NCBI GenBank assembly: GCA_001771505.1
Contig: MEUA01000005.1
Span: forward strand, 10,808 to 74,807
Length of the DNA stretch: 64,000 nucleotides
Source of the DNA: a candidate division WOR-1 bacterium RIFOXYB2_FULL_36_35
GTDB lineage: Bacteria > Margulisbacteria > WOR-1 > XYC2-FULL-46-14 > XYC2-FULL-37-10
Direction: 5' to 3'
Position numbers and translations under genes: made by a program. Positions 58,902 to 64,000 of this stretch are shown here, piece after piece. The notes under the pieces are model-generated. The model was not told the origin of the DNA, did no database searches, and was given only the letters and a program-made list of their open reading frames with translations. How positions within the stretch are numbered: position 1 is the stretch's first letter; each line of letters opens with the position of its first letter.

Positions 58902-60002
58902 TCATTTAACCAACGAGCTATACAATGTCAAAGTAAGTAAAATTGTATTAGCAAAACTGGCAAAGTCTGAAAAATAGAAGAAATTCCCCGGAACATTTAT
59001 AACATCCCCGCCTAAAACCTCCATATCTTTCTGTGTATCACCGTTATATATAACGTCACCGACGCTAACAGAATATTTTTCTGATCTGTCACTTATTTTT
59101 CTTGTCAGTTGAACAGAGTTAAGAAGAGCTTTATCTTTAGGGCCTCCAGCATAACTTATATAATCAGAAACACTTTTGCCAGGAACATACTCAAACCTAC
59201 CGCTTCTTGATACCTCCCCATATACATAAACAAAAACCTCTTTTCCTTCAAAGATAAGTTTGTCCTTGGATTCGTCTATCTTAGTCTGACTTATACGAAT
59301 ATTGTCGACACTTGGAACTTCAATAATATCCCCCGAACGAACATAAATATCTTTTGACAAATCTTTGCCTCGATAAGCATCAAAAAGATCGGCTTTTATA
59401 ACCTTGCTCTCACTTCCATCAAAAGACCTACGTTTTATATAAATATATCGATTAGACCCGCCACTGGCAATTCCACCTGCCTGAGCAATTACTTCTGAAA
59501 CTCTTAATCCGTCATAAATAGCCAAAGGTCCTGGATTTTTAACCATCCCAATCAAATAAATCTTAACTTTTTTGGGCTGAGTCAGCAATACAAAAATCTC
59601 AAATTTCTCCTGATACATGTTTTTTATAGTAGAATTTATCTTGTTTTTTGCTTGGCTTAAACTCAAACCGGAAAGATATATAGCTCCTATATTGGGGAAA
59701 AACACATTGCCGTCCGCACCGACAAAAAGATTATGGTTAATTGACAACTCTTCATCACCGACAATAATATGAACAGAAATATTATCCCCCGGCCCCAAAA
59801 TATAGGATTTGGCATCTATAGGACCCTCCATCGCCATATCTCCAAAACTTTTCGGAGCGGAATGTTCAGACGCCGGAACCTCTTGAATAGCAGGAACAGT
59901 CAATCCAAGAGAATTGATATCTACCGCGTAAACAAGTGTTATAGCGCCGAATATGCTAAAAAGCAAAAAAAGCGGAATTATTTTAAAAATCTTTTTCATC
60001 AA
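58902..60002 (-). CDS. Wza-like outer-membrane polysaccharide export protein (OPX; Poly_export + SLBB domains)
   Basis: N-terminal signal peptide. YILGPGDNISVHI (Poly_export motif). Repeated soluble-ligand-binding beta-grasp-like segments. Confidence 0.65.
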   Translation of the reverse strand: MMKKIFKIIPLFLLFSIFGAITLVYAVDINSLGLTVPAIQEVPASEHSAPKSFGDMAMEGPIDAKSYILGPGDNISVHIIVGDEELSINHNLFVGADGNVFFPNIGAIYLSGLSLSQAKNKINSTIKNMYQEKFEIFVLLTQPKKVKIYLIGMVKNPGPLAIYDGLRVSEVIAQAGGIASGGSNRYIYIKRRSFDGSESKVIKADLFDAYRGKDLSKDIYVRSGDIIEVPSVDNIRISQTKIDESKDKLIFEGKEVFVYVYGEVSRSGRFEYVPGKSVSDYISYAGGPKDKALLNSVQLTRKISDRSEKYSVSVGDVIYNGDTQKDMEVLGGDVINVPGNFFYFSDFASFANTILLTLTLYSSLVK

Positions 60003-60027
60003 AAAACACTTAGTTGTTATTATAACA

Positions 60028-61467
60028 TCAATTTAATAAAAACGCTTTTACAACTTCCCTGTCATCCAAATAAACTTTTTCCCCATTAAAATCCTGATAT
60101 TTTTCATGTCCGCGACCCGCGATAACAACAATATCTCCCTTATTTGCTAATTCCAAGGCTTTTTGGATGGCCATTTTTCTGTCAATAATAAAGTAATTAG
60201 CTTTTTGAAATTCGATATTAGAAATCGGACATTGGTCATTGATCATTCCGCCCTTTATGTCATTTATTATGTTTTGAGGATCTTCAGCATGAGGATCATC
60301 AGTTGTTACAAAAACAAGATCAGCTGCTTCCGAGGCTATTCTCCCCATAATAGGCCTTTTAGTTTTATCTCGATCCCCCGGACAACCAAAAACCAAAATC
60401 AACCGCCCCTCAACAAAAGGCTTAACAGTCTTTAAAAGTTTCTTAAGCGCATCAGGAGAATGAGCAAAATCCACAATAACATAAAAACCATTCTTACTCT
60501 TAAAAAGCTCGAAACGACCCGGGACTTTGGCTTTTTCCAAACCATGCTTAATAATTTTCGGACTTAAATTAAAATAGAGTCCACACTGATAAGCAGCTAA
60601 AATATTATATACATTAAATTCTCCTATCAAACTTGTTTTAATCTCTTCTGAATCTATTTTAACTTGCATAGAATTAATATTATCGACTTTAAAGTCTTTT
60701 AATGTTCCGTCTAAATCACTGTGTTTAGCCGATCTAAGTTCATGCCTCCCCTCTTTAAAACCATAAAAAACAACCTCGGTTTCAACAACCGAGGCTATAT
60801 CCTTTGAATAAGGGTCATCAACGTTTATTATCGCCGCGCCACTTGGCTTTAACATTTTAAAAAGCTTCTTCTTCTCCTCTAAATAGCTATTCATATCTTT
60901 GTGAAAATCAAGATGGTCATGTGTCAAATTAGTATATATCGCAACATCAAAATCACAACCGTAAACTCTATACTGGGCTAAAGCGTGAGAAGAGACCTCC
61001 ATTACAACGTGGGTTACCCCAGCTCGTAACATTTCTGCAAGAAGTTCCTGAAGCTCAAGAGATTCCGGAGTTGTAAGCTTTGAGTCAATCGACTTCCCGC
61101 CTATTTTATTTTCAACCGTCCCTATTAATCCTACCCTAAACCCGGCTGCAGAAAGAATTGATTCTATAAGATAAGCTGTAGTAGTTTTTCCATTAGTCCC
61201 TGTAATTCCTATGATTTTTAACTTTTTAGAAGGACAATCATAGAATCTGTTTGAAAGTTCCGCCAAAGCTTTTCGGCTGTTATCAACAATAACTTTCTTC
61301 ACACTTGGGGGAGCGTCAAAATCTTTTTCCGCGACAATAGTAGATGCCCCAGCTTTAATCGCATGAGCTATAAAATCGTGGCCATCAACCTTTAATCCGG
61401 GGATTGCAACAAAGAGATCTCCGCTTTTTACTTTGCGGGAATCGTAGGCGATATTGTTTGTCTTCAT
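60028..61467 (-). CDS. murE: Mur ligase, MurE-like (UDP-MurNAc-L-Ala-D-Glu : diamino-acid ligase)
   Basis: YDSRKVKSGDLFVAIPG ... IIGITGTNGKTTTAYL (P-loop) ... VVMEVSSH ... GCPGDRDKTKRP ... VTTDDPHAEDP (the DNPR-equivalent position reads DDPH). Confidence 0.65.
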   Translation of the reverse strand: MKTNNIAYDSRKVKSGDLFVAIPGLKVDGHDFIAHAIKAGASTIVAEKDFDAPPSVKKVIVDNSRKALAELSNRFYDCPSKKLKIIGITGTNGKTTTAYLIESILSAAGFRVGLIGTVENKIGGKSIDSKLTTPESLELQELLAEMLRAGVTHVVMEVSSHALAQYRVYGCDFDVAIYTNLTHDHLDFHKDMNSYLEEKKKLFKMLKPSGAAIINVDDPYSKDIASVVETEVVFYGFKEGRHELRSAKHSDLDGTLKDFKVDNINSMQVKIDSEEIKTSLIGEFNVYNILAAYQCGLYFNLSPKIIKHGLEKAKVPGRFELFKSKNGFYVIVDFAHSPDALKKLLKTVKPFVEGRLILVFGCPGDRDKTKRPIMGRIASEAADLVFVTTDDPHAEDPQNIINDIKGGMINDQCPISNIEFQKANYFIIDRKMAIQKALELANKGDIVVIAGRGHEKYQDFNGEKVYLDDREVVKAFLLN

Positions 61468-61568
61468 CTCAAAAGTTCAAGATATTTTTTAAATTCTTTA
61501 GGCAGTTTTATATCTTTTATTTTCTTCTTCATAATCGTTATTTAACCAAATATTGGTTATTCCTATAA

Positions 61569-61582
61569 ATATGATATCATAT
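61569..61582. promoter_or_regulatory. perfect 14-bp palindrome ATATGATATCATAT in the divergent promoter region between murE-like and the plus-strand GT2 gene
   Basis: The sequence is its own reverse complement. It ends 12 nt before the ATG at 61594. Confidence 0.3.
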
Positions 61583-61593
61583 AAAATAATCAG

Positions 61594-62274
61594 ATGAAAT
61601 TATCAATTATTATTCCAGTTTTTAATGAGAAAAAAACATTAGAAGAGATTTTAAATCGCGTTTTGGCAGTTAACATTGAAAAAGAGATTTTAATAGTAGA
61701 TGATTTTTCCACAGACGGAACACGAGATCTTTATCCTTTATTTCAATCCGACGAGATAAAAGTAATCCTGCAAAAAAAAAATCAAGGAAAAGGATCCGCA
61801 GTTAAAACAGGCATTGCCGCCGCAAATGGCGATTATATTATTATCCAGGATGCAGACTTAGAATATGATCCTCAAGACTATAAAAAACTTTTAAATCCGA
61901 TAATTCAAGGCAAAGCTAAAGTGGTCTACGGTTCAAGGTTTTTAGGCGAACATAAGTTTTCTTCTTTTGCTCATTTTATAGGGAATAAAGTTCTTACCGT
62001 TATCACAAACATTTTATATGGGATTAAAATAACCGATATGGAAACCTGTTATAAACTGATACCTACAGATTTGGCAAAAACATTGGATATAAAATCAAAA
62101 AAATTTGACATGGAACCGGAAATAACAGCAAAAATATCAAAAAAGGGATACAAAATTCTAGAAGTCCCGATATCTTACAAAGGAAGAGCATTTGATGAAG
62201 GAAAAAAGATATCATGGAAAGACGCTTTTTCTGCAATTTGGACGTTGGTCAAATACAAGTTTACAAAGATATAA
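61594..62274 (+). CDS. family 2 glycosyltransferase (polyprenyl-phosphate sugar synthase, DPM1/ArnC-like)
   Basis: [18 protein letters not shown] ... [11 protein letters not shown] ... [11 protein letters not shown], the pattern of dolichyl-P-mannose synthase-like GT2 enzymes. Confidence 0.75.
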   Translation: MKLSIIIPVFNEKKTLEEILNRVLAVNIEKEILIVDDFSTDGTRDLYPLFQSDEIKVILQKKNQGKGSAVKTGIAAANGDYIIIQDADLEYDPQDYKKLLNPIIQGKAKVVYGSRFLGEHKFSSFAHFIGNKVLTVITNILYGIKITDMETCYKLIPTDLAKTLDIKSKKFDMEPEITAKISKKGYKILEVPISYKGRAFDEGKKISWKDAFSAIWTLVKYKFTKI

Positions 62275-62297
62275 ACCCCGATTAGGATAATCGGGGT
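62275..62297. terminator. perfect stem-loop (8-9 bp GC-rich stem ccccgatt / aatcgggg) immediately after the GT2 stop codon
   Basis: accccgattaggataatcggggt. The same stem sequence recurs at 63193-63220. Confidence 0.5.
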
Positions 62298-62347
62298 AAA
62301 GAGCCATAAAGAGATAAAAAGGTAAAGAGAGTTAAGGATTCAAAAAC

Positions 62348-63196
62348 ATGAAACTTAGTGTCGTTATAGGAACTTATAATCAAAAAGAGAAGTTAAAAAA
62401 GGTTTTGGATTCTTTACTTAACCAAACGCTCTCAAAAGACCTTTATGAAATTATTGTTGTTGATAGCTCCTCAACAGACGGCACAGAACAAATGATAAAA
62501 GAATTAAAGATTAAAGGAGTAAGGTACATTAAACAAGAAAACCTCGGAAGGCCTGGAGCACGTAACCGCGGAATTAATGAAGCAGAAGGAGAGATTGTTT
62601 TTCTAACAGATGCCGATATGCTTGCCGACCCAAAACTGCTAGAAGAGCATTTAAAGGCGCACGAAGCAAAAACACATTCCTCTTTTGAAGGTTTAACTAT
62701 CAATCCTGACGGAAACCCATATATAAAAAAAGAGTTTAAAGACGGACAAAAACTTAAGTGGGCCTATTTTCTGACAGGAAATTTATCCATTTCAAAAAAT
62801 ATCATACAAAAGTCAGGTATGTTTGACATGGCATTCACAGGTTATGGCTGGGAAGATATAGAACTCGGATATCGTCTGTCAAAAATAAAAATCCCCTTAT
62901 TCTATCTGCCAAGCGCGATTAACCACCATTTACACCCCATAACACAAGAAGATATGCTCAAAAGAAAATACAATATGGGAATGTCCGCCAAAATTTTCCT
63001 TAATAAACATCCAAACTTTGAAATAAAGATGTTTTTAGGTTTTAATCCAATTGCCTATGGGATATATTTTTTAATAAAAAGAATATATCCTCTCAAAAAA
63101 ATCATAGAAGCAAAATCAAAGACTTCTAGATTCTTTCAATATCTATGGGAAGAATTCTTGTATAGGCAGGGTTTTGAAGAAAATATCAAAAATTAA
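62348..63196 (+). CDS. family 2 glycosyltransferase
   Basis: LSVVIGTYNQKEKLKKVLDSLLNQT ... VVDSSSTDGT ... DAD. Confidence 0.7.
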   Translation: MKLSVVIGTYNQKEKLKKVLDSLLNQTLSKDLYEIIVVDSSSTDGTEQMIKELKIKGVRYIKQENLGRPGARNRGINEAEGEIVFLTDADMLADPKLLEEHLKAHEAKTHSSFEGLTINPDGNPYIKKEFKDGQKLKWAYFLTGNLSISKNIIQKSGMFDMAFTGYGWEDIELGYRLSKIKIPLFYLPSAINHHLHPITQEDMLKRKYNMGMSAKIFLNKHPNFEIKMFLGFNPIAYGIYFLIKRIYPLKKIIEAKSKTSRFFQYLWEEFLYRQGFEENIKN

Positions 63197-63220
63197 CCCC
63201 GATTAGGAAATCGGGGTTAA
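63193..63220. terminator. bidirectional rho-independent-type terminator hairpin (12-bp stem ttaaccccgatt / aatcggggttaa) shared by convergent genes
   Basis: On the minus strand a T-rich tract follows the hairpin (TTAATTTTTGATATTTTC). It overlaps the stop codons of both the 62348-63196 (+) and 63203-63946 (-) ORFs. Confidence 0.6.
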
Positions 63221-63946
63221 TTGGTTGTCATATATATCGTCTACTAAAACATTTTTCTCGGAAGAAGCAAACAAAAGAATTTTTTCCCCGGCAAAACAAA
63301 ACTGCAGGCAATTTCTTGCATCCACATCCAACCCTTTGAGGAAGAAAGTCCGTCTTCTGAAATAAAATGATCCAAAAGGGATATCTTCGATCATAACAAA
63401 ATCAACATCATATTTGCCATTTCGAAGATTTTCACAAAAAATCTGAAAGCCTAATCCCGCAATTCCAAAGCTAAAAACTCCGCCCTTAGCCTCAAAAGAA
63501 GAGGCAATCCTCTTAGAAAAATAACCTGATTTATCACCGTGCACCCCAAAAATAAAAAAAGGTTCTTCTGTCTCAGGAGGAGGAGCTATTTTATATAAAC
63601 CTTCTATATAACAGGGCGTAACACTAAAAAAAGAATTCTCTTCATTCGTTGAATATTCAGAATATAATGACGATAAAGAAAATAGTATCTCTCCAATTTT
63701 TAAACGATAAGATTTATTTTCATCCAAATAACTTTCCAGCAATACTTTTCCTTCAATGCCGTAAGCTATCAATTTAGCTTCCCCTTTTTTAATAATAACC
63801 TTTAAAACAATTCTTTCATTACCAACATAAAGTTCGCTAAAATAATGACGCTCAATCCTGCCTGGGAGGCCGACAAAGGTTGCAAAATTCATGGGTCTTT
63901 CTATGCCATCTCTAACTAAAGACGGACAATATGAATCTGAAACCAT
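63203..63946 (-). CDS. hypothetical protein. The true start may lie upstream of the annotated Met, beyond 63946 or the window edge
   Basis: The ORF in the track has no recognisable family. The 54 nt upstream of the Met (to position 64000) contain no in-frame stop, so the gene may be 5'-extended or partial. Confidence 0.4.
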   Translation of the reverse strand: MVSDSYCPSLVRDGIERPMNFATFVGLPGRIERHYFSELYVGNERIVLKVIIKKGEAKLIAYGIEGKVLLESYLDENKSYRLKIGEILFSLSSLYSEYSTNEENSFFSVTPCYIEGLYKIAPPPETEEPFFIFGVHGDKSGYFSKRIASSFEAKGGVFSFGIAGLGFQIFCENLRNGKYDVDFVMIEDIPFGSFYFRRRTFFLKGLDVDARNCLQFCFAGEKILLFASSEKNVLVDDIYDNQLTPIS

Positions 63947-64000
63947 AAAATTATTTACAGAGGAAGATCCTTTCTGAGACTCAAGTAAAACCTTTTTTCT

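Noticed and set aside
1-64000. CRISPR arrays, tRNA/rRNA genes, transposases, integrases, restriction-modification or other defence-island genes.
   Set aside because: I found no regularly spaced short repeats. The intergenic gaps are too short (mostly under 60 nt) to hold tRNAs. No ORF shows transposase (DDE), tyrosine or serine recombinase, nuclease or STAND-ATPase hallmarks. The ABC transporter has a lipid-flippase-type architecture, not a defence-related one.

Overview
The window is an AT-rich (about 30% G+C by eye, not computed) 64 kb bacterial segment. It is almost entirely one co-directional, tightly packed, translationally coupled gene array on the minus strand, running from ~61467 down past position 1, with roughly 58 genes. 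It reads as a very large surface-glycan (O-antigen, capsule or S-layer glycan) biosynthesis and export locus. At the upstream end sit a MurE-like ligase, a Wza-like outer-membrane exporter (OPX) and a Wzz-like co-polymerase (PCP), which points to a diderm host. Further in are a Wzy/O-antigen-ligase-like membrane protein, a partial Wzx-like flippase at the window edge and an MsbA/PglK-like ABC exporter. There are at least 12 glycosyltransferases (families GT2 and GT4), at least 7 SAM-dependent methyltransferases and several nucleotide-sugar pathways: (1) a pseudaminic-acid-like set (PseB, PseC, GNAT PseH-like, PIG-L deacetylase, NeuB-family synthase, cytidylyltransferase); (2) a second nonulosonate-like set (CBS-SDR, SDR, DegT, Gfo/Idh/MocA, a second NeuB-family synthase, a second cytidylyltransferase); (3) a WbpA/B/E/D-like UDP-2,3-diacetamido-uronic-acid set; (4) a WbpG/WbuX-like amidotransferase with HisH/HisF paralogs (acetamidino sugar); (5) an RmlD-like reductase. 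The least conventional region is ~19.0-25.9 kb. It holds a pyruvate-type HpcH/HpaI aldolase, a HAD phosphatase, a KdsB-like cytidylyltransferase, a 4Fe-4S dicluster protein, a fusion of an HMGL-like aldolase domain with a CstII/Maf-like sialyltransferase-like domain, and a 610-aa GT-B-like protein. I read this as a possibly undescribed keto-deoxy (ulosonic) sugar branch with its own CMP-dependent transferase. Other oddities are a B12-binding radical SAM enzyme, a GT-B/cytidylyltransferase fusion, several paralogous ~600-aa GT-B-like proteins each sitting next to a cytidylyltransferase, ~37-nt direct repeats built from 10-bp iterons that flank an FAD-dependent oxidoreductase gene, and a duplicated perfect hairpin terminator after two plus-strand GT2 genes. 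I saw no rRNA, tRNA, CRISPR array, transposase or integrase.
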